From positions 180,239-244,238 of the forward strand of contig JAFPWY010000007.1 in NCBI GenBank assembly GCA_017412605.1: a DNA stretch of 64,000 bases, in the 5' to 3' direction. Below, in pieces: positions 1 to 10,800 of this stretch; the first letter of the stretch is position 1, and each line of letters opens with the position of its first letter. Both the position numbers and the translations under genes were made by a program. The notes beneath the pieces were generated by a model. It saw only the letters and a program-made list of their open reading frames with translations. It was not told where the DNA came from and did no database searches. The stretch is from Fibrobacter sp. (GTDB taxonomy: Bacteria; Fibrobacterota; Fibrobacteria; Fibrobacterales; Fibrobacteraceae).

Positions 1-1
1 G

Positions 2-961
2 TGCGGATTTTGTGGAATCCTTCCCGTGATGCGGGCGCATGTGGTGCAGAAGCGACTTACGGGACTGCTTGAGCAATTCCGCGTCGGCCTCCGGATTCAT
101 CTCGCGCGGGCCAGTAGACGTGTCAGGTGGCGGCTCGGCTGCCGAAGATGTCGGGGACGCAGCTGTTCCTGCGGCAGGGGTTGCCGGGGCGGGAGCGCCG
201 GACGGTGCCGAGGCGCCCGGTTTCGCAGGTGCAGGCGCGGGCTGACCCGCCTGGGGCGCCGGCGCCGGATTCTGCGGTGCGTTCTGCGCATTCGATGCGT
301 TGGCCTTCTGCACGGAATCGGCCTTCAGGGAATCCAACGCATGTTCCTTGGCCTCTTTCTGGTCCTCTTCCTTCAGGCGGTTCGCCGCATCCTGGAAAAT
401 GGCCGTCACGTTCGAGAGGATCTTCCAGTTGTCCATCCTGGCGTCGCTCTCGAATCCCTTTCCCTGCAGCACGTCTCCGTCTTCGGAAACCACGCGCACG
501 TAACTCTCAGTACGCACAAGGTTGTCCGCCTTGTTCCAGATAAGCGAGTCGGCGCGGACCGAGGCGCCCTTCGGGGTCAGGGCGTACACATGCCCGTAGG
601 CGTTCACGTAGGTAAACTTCATGTCGAAGCGGCCGGAATCCGCACGCATGAATGCGGCCCGTTCTCCCAAAGAGTCATAGATATCCACGAAAATCGGGCG
701 GACGAACACGATTTCCTTGTCGGCCCAGCGTTCCAGGTAGGCGGTCTTCAATTTCCACGAAAGCACGTTGCCGTTGTAGCTGTCGAGCAAGGTAGTGTCG
801 GTGAAGAGCATCTGCGGGCGGTCCACCTGAATCCAAGGCTTCTCTTCCTCGATTTCCTCACAAGCGGAAAAAATCACGGCACAGCAAAGCAGGAACAAGG
901 CTGCAAGGGTCGATGCCCCGGCGCCATTCCATTTTTTCAGGTTATGCAAAAATCGTGCCAC
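2..961 (-). CDS. lptC: LPS export ABC transporter periplasmic protein LptC-like with Pro/Ala-rich C-terminal extension (3' end runs off the window)
   Basis: Not in the ORF track because there is no stop in the window. Manual translation from GTG at 961: hydrophobic anchor/lipobox (LFLLCCAVIFSAC), then LptC-like beta-jellyroll motifs (..RADSGRFD..VNAYGHVYALTPKGASVRADSLIWN..LQGKGFESD..NVTAIF), then a P/A-rich tail. Confidence 0.75.
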   Translation of the reverse strand, partial: MARFLHNLKKWNGAGASTLAALFLLCCAVIFSACEEIEEEKPWIQVDRPQMLFTDTTLLDSYNGNVLSWKLKTAYLERWADKEIVFVRPIFVDIYDSLGERAAFMRADSGRFDMKFTYVNAYGHVYALTPKGASVRADSLIWNKADNLVRTESYVRVVSEDGDVLQGKGFESDARMDNWKILSNVTAIFQDAANRLKEEDQKEAKEHALDSLKADSVQKANASNAQNAPQNPAPAPQAGQPAPAPAKPGASAPSGAPAPATPAAGTAASPTSSAAEPPPDTSTGPREMNPEADAELLKQSRKSLLHHMRPHHGKDSTKSA

Positions 962-991
962 AAATACAATTTACAAATTATAATGCACCGG

Positions 992-1017
992 AAAAAGCCC
1001 GAAGGGCCTACTCGGGC
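992..1017 (-). terminator. probable rho-independent terminator after the sulfatase-family gene
   Basis: Minus strand GCCCGA-9nt-TCGGGC followed by TTTTT. Confidence 0.5.
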
Positions 1018-1025
1018 ACCGGAAA

Positions 1026-3056
1026 TCAGGGACGGAGCTTGTTGCTGTTCACGATATAGCGCCAAGCCTCGGCGGCATCGCGCATTGCCTTTTCCGTATC
1101 GGCGAAGTCGGCAGGGGGCGCCTGCAGCCTACGTCCGGTGACAAATCCCTCGGCAAGGTGCAAGGTATCCCAGTCGGGGACCATTCGCGTAGCAAACACC
1201 GAGGATGCCTCCGGATCGTCCATGTTGCCGTAGTAAGTCAGGGAATCCCGCTGCATAGCGATGTCCGCAAGGCGGAACGCAAACACCGGAGCATACTTGG
1301 AAGTCGCACGGAACAGGTAAGCCGGAGCAGCCGCGGCGGAATCCCCTTGGGCAAGCGAATCAGCCGAAGCAACCGTATCCGCCGGAACTTCGGCAATAGC
1401 AGGTTCGTCAACAATGCGTTCCAAAAGGGTATGACCGACAAAGTTATTTGAAATTTCAAGACCAAGGTAATCTAAGATTGTCGGAGCGATATCCACCTGC
1501 GAAACCACCTCCGTCCGGAGACTCGGCTCGATTCCCGGGCCAACGACCATCAGCGGAACCCAGGTGTAGCCTTCCTGCACCGTACCGATATATTCCGGAG
1601 TCGTATGCTGCGCGTTATTTCCAAAAGCGTGGTCACCCACCACAAAAATCAACGTCTGGTTGGCTCGCGGCCCCTTCTCTATTTCGTCGAGGACAATGCC
1701 GACTGCGCTATCCATGTAGGCGACCGACCTCACGTAAGCCTCGTCCGGATCGTCCGGCGTGGGCCCGTATTCGGAAGGAATCGTGAAAGGCACGTGCATC
1801 GAAGTGCTCATCCAGTTCAAGAAAATCGGTTTGTCGGCAGGGCGCGAAGCGTAAACCTCGCGGAAGCGGTTGGCCAGCGGAACATCGTGCTGGTTCTCGC
1901 TCTTGAATTCCCAGTGATCGAACCACGCCTCGAACCAAGGGTCCAACTTGTCGAAACTCGGTTCCGTCGCCGTGAGCACGTCGGTATAGTAGCCCGCATC
2001 CGTTAAGATCTGCGGCAAAGTGCGCAAATTCGTCTTGGGGTAATCCGAGAGGAATGACTTTGTCGGGTGGCTCCACACGCCGGCGAGCACTCCCAAGAAT
2101 CCCTCGACCGAGGGATAACCCACGCTGCGTGCATTCGGGTAATAGAGCGCCTTCTTGGAGAGGCGGCAGAGGTTATGGAATTTTTCGCAGGCCGTACCGA
2201 TGCGCATGTCGCCCGTCCAGCCGCGGAAAGTCTCGATGGTGAGGAAGATGATGTCGGGCCTTTCTTCCATCGGCTTCGCCTTGAACTCGGCAATAGAAAC
2301 AGCCTCGCGCGGAGCCTCCTTCCAGAAGGGATATTCCTTCGACGGGTCTCCCCCAAGCAAACGAATTCCCGCCTCGTAGCCCTCGCCCTTCACAGGGTCG
2401 GCAAGGTTTTCGCAGATTTCCCCGGCAATGCGCCAGAAGACAGGGCAGGCACGGTTCCAGCACATGTTGTTCGGGACAAGCCAGACGCGGGCAGAGAGCC
2501 CGACCACGGCGACAAGCAGCGTCATCGTAAGCATGGCAAGCGCAGCCCTTTCGCGCACGGAGCCGAACCACTTCCAATAAAGTCTGCGGTAGAGCATGAC
2601 CTCGGCCACGATCATCACCACAGCCCAACCGATACTCAGCGAGAAATGCCCGATGCCACCAATAAAGATTCGCCCGACGAGGCCCATGTCGGAGGCCGCG
2701 TTGGAATAAGTACCAAAGAAGGAGAGAGAAAGATGCTGGCCCATCCAGCGGACCAGTTCATCGTCGCCGCCGCTAGAGACAATGTATACACCCGCGATGA
2801 CGACGGAAAGCACACCCCACATCTTGCGCAAGGCATGCCCCTTCAGCAAAAGCGAGACCATGCCGAATACGAAAGCGATGGCCATGGCCATGCCCGCTTC
2901 GACAACCAGCGACTGCGGAAGGAACCGGCTCCAGTCCTCGACAATGGGACCGCCCGTGGGCGCATCCATCAAGTAGAGGAAACAGAGCTGCGCAGCGCGC
3001 GTGACCCACAGGATACCGCCAAACAGGACCCAGTATAACTTCTCCATAGAACCCAT
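1026..3056 (-). CDS. LTA synthase / sulfatase-family membrane phosphotransferase
   Basis: N-terminal TM segments, then alkaline-phosphatase-superfamily motifs (IIFLTIETF, YPSVEG, STSMHVPF, YMDSAVG, VGDH, SQVDIAPTILDYLG). Confidence 0.8.
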   Translation of the reverse strand: MGSMEKLYWVLFGGILWVTRAAQLCFLYLMDAPTGGPIVEDWSRFLPQSLVVEAGMAMAIAFVFGMVSLLLKGHALRKMWGVLSVVIAGVYIVSSGGDDELVRWMGQHLSLSFFGTYSNAASDMGLVGRIFIGGIGHFSLSIGWAVVMIVAEVMLYRRLYWKWFGSVRERAALAMLTMTLLVAVVGLSARVWLVPNNMCWNRACPVFWRIAGEICENLADPVKGEGYEAGIRLLGGDPSKEYPFWKEAPREAVSIAEFKAKPMEERPDIIFLTIETFRGWTGDMRIGTACEKFHNLCRLSKKALYYPNARSVGYPSVEGFLGVLAGVWSHPTKSFLSDYPKTNLRTLPQILTDAGYYTDVLTATEPSFDKLDPWFEAWFDHWEFKSENQHDVPLANRFREVYASRPADKPIFLNWMSTSMHVPFTIPSEYGPTPDDPDEAYVRSVAYMDSAVGIVLDEIEKGPRANQTLIFVVGDHAFGNNAQHTTPEYIGTVQEGYTWVPLMVVGPGIEPSLRTEVVSQVDIAPTILDYLGLEISNNFVGHTLLERIVDEPAIAEVPADTVASADSLAQGDSAAAAPAYLFRATSKYAPVFAFRLADIAMQRDSLTYYGNMDDPEASSVFATRMVPDWDTLHLAEGFVTGRRLQAPPADFADTEKAMRDAAEAWRYIVNSNKLRP

Positions 3057-3060
3057 CCTA

Positions 3061-3092
3061 AAAAAAGAACCGGCCTATATAATATAGGCCGG
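3061..3092 (-). terminator. rho-independent terminator after iorB
   Basis: Perfect inverted repeat CCGGCCTATAT-A-ATATAGGCCGG followed on the minus strand by TTCTTTTTTT. Confidence 0.75.
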
Positions 3093-3103
3093 CAATCTGA
3101 ATC

Positions 3104-3577
3104 TTAACCTTCGCGGCCAAGCATGAACGCCTTCTTGTTCCCTTCGTGGAACTTTTCGGCGAAGAGCTTGTTCAGGGCAACTTCCCACTGCTCGACGGTA
3201 AAGTCGAAGTGCTTGGAAAGCTTGCCGAGCATTGCGACGTTCAGGGCCTTCACGTTCTCGAGCTTCCCGACATCGATGTCGGCCGGAGTGAGGAGCACAC
3301 CGCCCTGCTTGAGGAAGGCCTCGTTCACCACGACCTGCGTCTCGTCGAATACCACCAGGTAGTCGGCTTCGCCCGTCGGGATCATCGGGGACTGAACTTC
3401 TTCGCCCTTCGCAAAGCGGACGTCAGATGCAATGGAACCGCCGCGCTGGCTCATGCCGTGCACTTCGGCCTTCTTCACGTCGTAACCCTGTTCGAACACG
3501 AGTTCCGCCATCACGTCGCTCGCCTTGATAACGCCTGTGCCACCGAGGCCGGCAAATTTCACGTTAACTACGCTCAT
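3104..3577 (-). CDS. iorB: indolepyruvate:ferredoxin oxidoreductase subunit beta
   Basis: GLGGTGVI, KKAEVHGMSQRGGS motifs; directly downstream of iorA. Confidence 0.9.
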   Translation of the reverse strand: MSVVNVKFAGLGGTGVIKASDVMAELVFEQGYDVKKAEVHGMSQRGGSIASDVRFAKGEEVQSPMIPTGEADYLVVFDETQVVVNEAFLKQGGVLLTPADIDVGKLENVKALNVAMLGKLSKHFDFTVEQWEVALNKLFAEKFHEGNKKAFMLGREG

Positions 3578-3607
3578 AAAAACTTCTCCTTAAAAGTTGC
3601 CGCAACT

Positions 3608-5275
3608 TTAGAAGTTGCTGTTCTTCTTTGCAGCGGCTTCGGACTCGGCGAGAGCCTTTTCAGCCTTTTCCTTGTTGGCCTTGTCCCAGGCGAGGATGCT
3701 CTTGAGAGCGAGAATGCAGGGGCTCTTCGCCACGATGAGCGTGAGCTCGTCCTTCTCGAGGGCTTCCTTCACGAGTTCCTTGAACTTCTCGGGTTCCTTG
3801 ACCTGGTTCACTTCGTACACGTTGTCAAAACCGGCAGTCTTCGCAATGGCACCGTAGTCGAGCTTGTAGGCCGGGCTGTGGTCCAGATGGCGGCCCGTAC
3901 CCGGGTGTTCCTGCTGGCCCGTCATGGCGGTGATGCTGTTGTCGAGAATGACGACCACGTGGCCGGTGTCGGGGCGGTTGTAGCCTGCTTCCACGAGGCC
4001 GGTGATACCGCTATGAACAAACGTGGAGTCGCCGATCACGGAGACGACCTTCTTGGCCTGTTCGCGCGGGAGCACGTTGCGGAGGCCGATGCCCATACCG
4101 ATAGCGGCACCCATGTCAATCATGTAGTCCATCGCGCTGATCGGCGGGAGAGCGGCGAGCGTGTAGCAGCCGATGTCGCCAGAGACGATGCAGTCGAGTT
4201 CCTTGAGCATGGCGAAAGAGCTGCGGTGCGGGCAGCCCGGGCAAAGCATAGGCGGCTTGCCCTTGACCGGAACCGGGTCCGGGTTGCGATCGCCAGCAAT
4301 AATGCGGCGCACGCGGTTCACGTCGAGTTCGCCGAAGCGGAAAATCGGATCGTACTTGGATTCCACCGGGATGCCAGCGGCCTTGATGTTCTCGGCGAGC
4401 CACGGGTCGTTCTCTTCGATGACCATGAGGCGCTTGCCTTCGAACTTCTTCGCGAAATCCTTGATGAGCTGCATCGGCAGCGGGTAGGTCATGCCGAGCT
4501 TGAGGATGCTTGCTTCCGGGGCGGCTTCACGAACATGGTGGTAGCTGATACCGCTCACGATGATACCGAAGTCCTCGCTGCGCATTTCCACCCGATTGGG
4601 GCCTTCCGCGACGTTCCAGGCTTCCATCTCGTCCATCTTGGCACGGAGACGGCGGCCGGCCGGCTTACTGAAACCGGGCACCATCACGTGGCCGGCGATA
4701 TTGCGTTCGAAGTTCGGCACCATGGCCGGGAGTTCTTCCTTCGGAACCACGATAGACTTGGAGTGGTCCACACGGGTCGTCATGCGGAGAATTACGGGAA
4801 TCTTGAACTTTTCGCTCGTCTGCACCGCAATGCGGAAGAAGTCGTAGGCTTCCTGGGAGTTGGAGGGCTCGAACATCGGGCAAACGGATGCCTTCGCATG
4901 GTTGCGGGTGTCTTGCTCGTTCTGGGAACTGCCCTGGCCCGGGTCGTCGGCAACAATCCACACCATGGCACCGTCCACGCCCGTGTAGGTCGCGGTGTAG
5001 AGCACGTCGCTAGCCACGTTGAGGCCGACCATCTTCATGGTGACCACGCTGCGGGCATGGCCAAAGGCTGCACCCAGGGCCACTTCGGCGGCGACCTTCT
5101 CGTTCGGGGCCCACTGGGCATACCCGCCGAGTTCAGAATAATCCTCGAGGATTTCGGTAGAGGGGGTACCCGGGTAACCTGCGGCAAACTGCACGTTGCA
5201 GTGGCGCATGGAAAGCGAGATGGCCTCGTTTCCCGAAATCAGCATCTTTTTCGCATTCGGATCAAAAGCTGGCAT
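3608..5275 (-). CDS. iorA: indolepyruvate:ferredoxin oxidoreductase subunit alpha (no C-terminal ferredoxin domain)
   Basis: GNEA, GYPGTPSTE, NEKVAAE, LCPGCPHR, GDIGCYTL, GDSTF..SG, LDNSITAMTGQQ (TPP-binding). Confidence 0.9.
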   Translation of the reverse strand: MPAFDPNAKKMLISGNEAISLSMRHCNVQFAAGYPGTPSTEILEDYSELGGYAQWAPNEKVAAEVALGAAFGHARSVVTMKMVGLNVASDVLYTATYTGVDGAMVWIVADDPGQGSSQNEQDTRNHAKASVCPMFEPSNSQEAYDFFRIAVQTSEKFKIPVILRMTTRVDHSKSIVVPKEELPAMVPNFERNIAGHVMVPGFSKPAGRRLRAKMDEMEAWNVAEGPNRVEMRSEDFGIIVSGISYHHVREAAPEASILKLGMTYPLPMQLIKDFAKKFEGKRLMVIEENDPWLAENIKAAGIPVESKYDPIFRFGELDVNRVRRIIAGDRNPDPVPVKGKPPMLCPGCPHRSSFAMLKELDCIVSGDIGCYTLAALPPISAMDYMIDMGAAIGMGIGLRNVLPREQAKKVVSVIGDSTFVHSGITGLVEAGYNRPDTGHVVVILDNSITAMTGQQEHPGTGRHLDHSPAYKLDYGAIAKTAGFDNVYEVNQVKEPEKFKELVKEALEKDELTLIVAKSPCILALKSILAWDKANKEKAEKALAESEAAAKKNSNF

Positions 5276-5471
5276 AGCGTTCCTTTTCTTGTGTCAAATG
5301 GTTCTTAAGGCATAACCTTAAACGCACGCAAATATAGAATCTTCAACGAATTCAAGGACGAATGCAAGTCGGAAACGTCAATGAAATTCGCGTCAACGGA
5401 AGAGGACTAGCCATAACGAACTCATGCGTGAAATCCCCCCTCACGTTTCCATAATGTAACATATTTTATGC

Positions 5472-7121
5472 TTGCGAATATATTATATTATGAACATGGA
5501 AGATCTATTCCATTCATTCGTGGCAGTCGCATGCGCCATGGTCCTGCTAATATCCCTCCCGCAATTCCGCAAAATGTGGGACAAGCAGGACATGAGGGAC
5601 CGTGCGTTCGTACGGCTCATCCTCTGGGTCATCCTGTTCTGCATCAACGACGCCCTTTGGTGGTTACTGGCCGCGAGGTTTCCTGACCAGACCACCCTCC
5701 TTTTCGGCTGCTCCACCGTCTATCACGGAGCCGCGGCGATTACGGCCTACCTCTGGCTCAGCTACACGCTTTATTACCTGGGCAAGCGCATCAAGTACGC
5801 CTCGGTCCTGCGTATCTTGGCGATGGTCCTTGTCGCCATCCAGTTCGGGCTTTTGCTCCTGAACATCCCGTACGATTTCCTCTTCTCCGTCAACAACGCC
5901 GTGCTCTACCACGAGACCCGCGCGATGCAGGTCCTGTTCTTCAGCCAGTACGCGACCTACATCATCATCGCGCTCCTTTGCCTGTTCAAGATGAAAGGCG
6001 GCACCCCGAAGGACCGCCGCAAATTCCTGGCCATGTTCCTCTGCGTGCTCGCCCCTATCTGCTGCGGCTTTCTCCAGATGATATCCCCGCTGAGTCCCTA
6101 CTATGTCGTCGGCTACATGCTCGGCTGCTGTGTCATCTTCACGCACGTTGTCCTGCACATGACCAAGGTATCCACCTACCAGCAGGACAACGCCATCATG
6201 GCGGCGCTCTCGGCCGATTTCGACATGATTTGCTACATCGACATACAACGTAACGAAGCGCGCTTCCAGACGATGAGCCCCAAATTCCAGAAAATCCTGG
6301 ACGAAAAGGTCGACAAGAAGCAGACCAACCTGCAAAAACTCGACCAGTTCCTGAAAACCATCGTCGTGCCGGAAGACATCTCGGAAATAATCAAGGACAG
6401 TTTCTGCAAACAGGTGGCAAGTTCGCTGTCCCAAGGCATTTCCTACACCAAGCGCATCCGAGTCCGGATAGACGATACGACGGAATTCTACGAGATGAAG
6501 ATAGTGCACGACACAGACAACAGGCTGGCCGGCTGCGTCCTAGGTTTGCACAACATAAACCACGTGGAACTCATCAAGGAAGAGAAGGAAAAGCTCAAGA
6601 ACGACCTCATGAAGACCACCATCATCGCGAACAGGGACCCCCTTACGGGCGTGGGCAACCGTGCGGCGTTCAACCAGAAGACCGAAGACCTCCTCAACGA
6701 AATCAACAAGGGACAGCTGGTCAAGTTCGCCATCATCGAATGCGACCTGAACAACCTGAAACTGGTCAACGACCTCCTCGGGCACGAAGAGGGAGATCTC
6801 TTCATCAAGAAGAACTGCCGCGTATTCTGCGAAACGTTCAAGCACAGCCCCGTCTACAGGATTGGCGGAGACGAGTTCGTCATCATCGCGCAGGGGAGCG
6901 ACTACGAGGAACGGGATGCGCTCATGGACAAACTGCGCTCGTTGCAGGAGCCCAACGACCCCGTGCAAGCCGACAGGGTATCGTTCGCGGCCGGGATCGC
7001 CGAATACAACCCACAAACCGACGAATCGGTGGCAGACGTGCTGAAACGGGCCGACTCGTTCATGTACATCAACAAGAAGCACATCAAAAAGCGCCAGCCC
7101 GTGCAGGAAACTTGGGAGTAG
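5472..7121 (+). CDS. membrane-bound GGDEF diguanylate cyclase
   Basis: About 7 N-terminal hydrophobic helices; DPLTGVGNR, DLNNLKLVND..GH..GD, YRIGGDEF. Confidence 0.9.
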   Translation: MRIYYIMNMEDLFHSFVAVACAMVLLISLPQFRKMWDKQDMRDRAFVRLILWVILFCINDALWWLLAARFPDQTTLLFGCSTVYHGAAAITAYLWLSYTLYYLGKRIKYASVLRILAMVLVAIQFGLLLLNIPYDFLFSVNNAVLYHETRAMQVLFFSQYATYIIIALLCLFKMKGGTPKDRRKFLAMFLCVLAPICCGFLQMISPLSPYYVVGYMLGCCVIFTHVVLHMTKVSTYQQDNAIMAALSADFDMICYIDIQRNEARFQTMSPKFQKILDEKVDKKQTNLQKLDQFLKTIVVPEDISEIIKDSFCKQVASSLSQGISYTKRIRVRIDDTTEFYEMKIVHDTDNRLAGCVLGLHNINHVELIKEEKEKLKNDLMKTTIIANRDPLTGVGNRAAFNQKTEDLLNEINKGQLVKFAIIECDLNNLKLVNDLLGHEEGDLFIKKNCRVFCETFKHSPVYRIGGDEFVIIAQGSDYEERDALMDKLRSLQEPNDPVQADRVSFAAGIAEYNPQTDESVADVLKRADSFMYINKKHIKKRQPVQETWE

Positions 7122-7128
7122 GGATACC

Positions 7129-7833
7129 CTACACCTGCATGTTTTCTAGCTTCAATTTACGGCGCTGCCAGTCGGGCATACGGGTTTCCAGCAGACGATA
7201 GAACTTTTTATCGTGGTTCGGGTATTTCAGGTGACACAATTCATGCACCACAACATACTCGATGCATTCCTTCGGGGCGGCAATCAACTTTGTATTTAAG
7301 GTCAATATACCGCCTTTAGAGAGCGAACCCCAGCGGGTTTTCATGTCGCGGATCTGCAGGCGAGGAGACTTAGAAGAATGCGAAAAACGAGCCATACAAG
7401 CCAAAAAAACATTCTCGAACTGCACCTTAGCACGCTCACGCAACCATTCATCAAGAAGTTTCTTCACAGTTGCGGGGCGAACATCCGCAGAAATAACCCT
7501 AATGAACCCGCCATCGATTTTCACCAAGCGTTCTTTATCTTTTTCGATTTTTAATCGATAACGGCGCCCCAAATACAAGTGTGTCTCGCCACCAAGATAT
7601 TGCCTTGGAGGAGGCGCTTTAGGAAATTTTGCGAACCAGTCCTGCTTTTCAACAATCCACGGAGCCTTTTTCTGCACCTTCTGCGCGATTGCTTCGAGCT
7701 TCGCCCCCTGCGGAGCCCGCACCTGCACGGCACTATCGGGCATTACAGAGATTTCCAGTGTCTTGCGACGGCAAAATTCAACCTCGTATACAATCTCGCG
7801 GTCTCCATATTTAACAACGTTCAGCTCATTCAT
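7129..7833 (-). CDS. M48/YgjP-like (DUF45) zinc metallopeptidase associated with type I RM
   Basis: MKTRWGS, YVVVHELCHL (HExxH), HDKKFY. ATG at 7833 overlaps the hsdR stop. Confidence 0.9.
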   Translation of the reverse strand: MNELNVVKYGDREIVYEVEFCRRKTLEISVMPDSAVQVRAPQGAKLEAIAQKVQKKAPWIVEKQDWFAKFPKAPPPRQYLGGETHLYLGRRYRLKIEKDKERLVKIDGGFIRVISADVRPATVKKLLDEWLRERAKVQFENVFLACMARFSHSSKSPRLQIRDMKTRWGSLSKGGILTLNTKLIAAPKECIEYVVVHELCHLKYPNHDKKFYRLLETRMPDWQRRKLKLENMQV

Positions 7834-10800
7834 GCGAACGCCGCCTTGCCACATTCATGATTTTCTCTTCCAGGGAATCAATGTCCGCATTCGTCCAGTC
7901 AAAACGTTCCCGGACACAAATATCATCGAACAGGAGGTCATCTAGTTCGTTTCGCACTCTGTTTTGTGCGTCCGGATCGTTCCAGAATTGCACCTTGTGA
8001 TGTTTTTTCAGCGCTTCAATAACGAATAAGGCTGTTTCTACGGCAAGCCGTTTGGCTTCTGCCGTATCGCACTTGTTTCCATACAAGAACGCTGTCAGTG
8101 CGACACCATAGTATGCGGCGGCATCTTCGTTTTCGCTGATTTCTGCCGGAACGTCATCACGTTTCTTGCTTTTGAAATTTTCCTCCAATCCTTTCACCTT
8201 GGAGAGATATTCATCTTCCGAAATCTTACCCGCCTGGAAACTGTCGATGACATCCTGAATCATCTTCGAGAATTTCTCGTAGAAGGCGGGATCTTCTTCC
8301 ATCTTTTCGGTTGCGGTTTTCTTGAGCATGTGCGCTATTGTATCAGCACTCGCCGCCTTGCCACGAGCATCATAGCTGCCTTTATCATCACTCAATATCT
8401 GGGTAAACTTCGGATCCAAAATATTCACAGGTGCTACAGTCTGCACCACATTATCCGACTGGATGTGCGTATCGAGCAACTTCTTGATTTTCGGTTCATA
8501 CTCGCTGTAGTCCACATCGTCGGCATAGCGGTGCTTTACAGACACGCGCATGTCCGAGAACATCTTGAACTCCCTGCGAAGCCGCGTCATATCTTCAGCT
8601 GGGGTCTTTTCCAGGAACTTCTGCGACGACATCGCGATACTCAGGCACTTTCCGAAATCTCGCAGGGCCTTGTAGAAATCGTTACGGCGTTTTTCATCGG
8701 CCAAGTGGCGTTCCATCTGTTCGGGGTCAGCCTTGTTCTTGACACCCCTGAAAACGTCCCACAGATTAGAGCGCAACTGCGGCAACTTGTCCACAAGTTC
8801 CGACACATCGGTCAGCAAGCCTTCCAAATCTTCGGGGTCAAAACCTTCCAGCGCCTTGTACATCACAAGCGCCGTATCTAGGTTGTCGCGAACGTTGGCG
8901 TAATCTACGATATAACCGAAATCCTTCTTCTTGCCGTTTTCCTCAAACAAGCGATTCACGCGCGCAATCGCCTGCAACAACGTATGTTCCTTGAGCGTGC
9001 GGCAAAGATACAGAACTGTGTTGCGTTCGGCATCAAAGCCCGTCAGCAACTTGTCACAGACAATCAGGATTTCCGGCTTACCTGGGCCCTTGAAACCATC
9101 AATAATCGACTTATTATACGAATCCTCGTCGCCATAGCGATCCATCATCTTTGTCCAGAATTTCGTCACTCGGCTAGTCGGTTCTTCGCCCACTTCCGAA
9201 TAGCCTTCGCGCTCATCGGGGCCCGAAATGATGACTTCAGAACTCACATGGCCAATTTCATCCAAGAATTCATGGTACAGAATAGCCGTTTCCTTGCTCG
9301 GTGCGACAAGTTGAGCCTTGAACGGAGTATCCTTCCAGTTTGCACGGAAATGTTCACTGATGTCAAACGCACGCATATACACGACACGTTCCGCCTTGTT
9401 CAGCATCTCGGCCCGTGCATATTTCTTCTTAAGATCGGCCTTCTGCTTGTCCGAAAGACCTGCCGTAAAGCGTTCAAACCAAAGGTCAATTGCAGCCTTG
9501 TCCTGTTTGAGTTCCGCATGGCGTCCCTCGTAAAGCAAAGGCACCACGGCGCCATCTTCGTTCGCTTGCCGGATAGTGTAACTCGGCTTGAGCATCCCGC
9601 CGAACTTGCCGAAACTGTTCTTTTCCTTCTTCATTAGCGGCGTGCCCGTAAAGCCGATATAGCAGGCATTCGGAAGCATCTGTTTCATACGCGCATGCAA
9701 GCTCTTGTATTGCGTACGGTGCGCTTCGTCCACTAGCAAAAAAATGTTGTTTGATTTTTCAACGTACTGGCGTTTGTTCAGCGCCTTGTCGAACTTGTTG
9801 ATAACAGTCGTTATCACGGCAGAATTGTCCGACGCCATAAGGTTGAGCAAATTTTCGCCCGAGGTCGCCTTGATGACCTCCGCACCACAATTTTTGAAGG
9901 TGTCGCATATTTGCGAATCCAATTCCTTGCGGTCGGTAACTAACACGACTCGCGGATTTTTGATATTACAATCGGGGTCATACGTCGAATCCAGCACGAT
10001 TCCGCGAGCAAGCATCACCATCGAAAGTGATTTACCTGAGCCCTGTGTGTGCCACACCAAGCCGCCCTTGCGCTTATTTTCGTTACCAATATTCCGAATA
10101 CGTTTTAACGCCGAATGGACCACAAAGAATTGCTGGTAGCGGGCAATCTTCTTTATTCCCTCATCGAACAGGGTAAAGCGATAGGCGATTTCAAGCAGGC
10201 GTTCAGGCTTGCACAGGCAATAAATCAGCCTGTCCTGTTCCGTCACTACACGCTTTGTCTGCGGATTATTCTTACGGAACGGCGCCAGTTTCGGCACCGA
10301 GAAAATCCTATCTTCATCTTCGGCAGAGACCTTTTTGTTAATCGCAGCTTCGATTTCCTTATCCTTGATTTCAAGCTCGTGCCAAAGGCTCCAGAACTTT
10401 TCGGGAGTCCCTACGGTGGAATAAGTCGCCGCATTCATGCTCACCGACAAAAGCGCCTGGCAAAAAACGAACAATCCCGGAATATATTCGTCGCCTTGAT
10501 TGCGAATCATCTGGGAAATGCCCTGTTTGATTCCTTCTTCGGGAGACTTATTCTCGATGACTGCAAACGGGATTCCGTTCACAAACAGCACGATATCAGG
10601 GATAACACGGGCATTGGATTTCGAGCATTCCACATCAAATTCGGCAACCGCATGGAACACATTGTTCGCCGGTTCCTGCCAGTCGATATAGCGAATGTCG
10701 TAACTGCGCTTGTCGCCCTCGACAGATTCCTCTTCGGATTGCGGGAGCGTGAGCAGGTCATATATCTTTGCATTCGTACGCACCAGACCATCGTACTGCA

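Noticed and set aside
26-1141. 371-aa plus-strand ORF
   Set aside because: Antisense shadow of the lptC-like gene; low-complexity Arg/Gly translation with no motifs.
3146-5308. 720-aa plus-strand ORF (and similar long antisense ORFs at 21652-23085, 30058-31866, 48131-49591, 56340-57761, 58253-59551)
   Set aside because: Each lies opposite a well-supported gene; typical stop-poor reverse frames in GC-rich DNA.
7100-7135. Possible attL/attR copy of the tRNA-Ser 3' end at the far island boundary
   Set aside because: No match to GGGAAGAGCGAGATTCGAAC seen, and the tRNA's own terminator is still adjacent to it.
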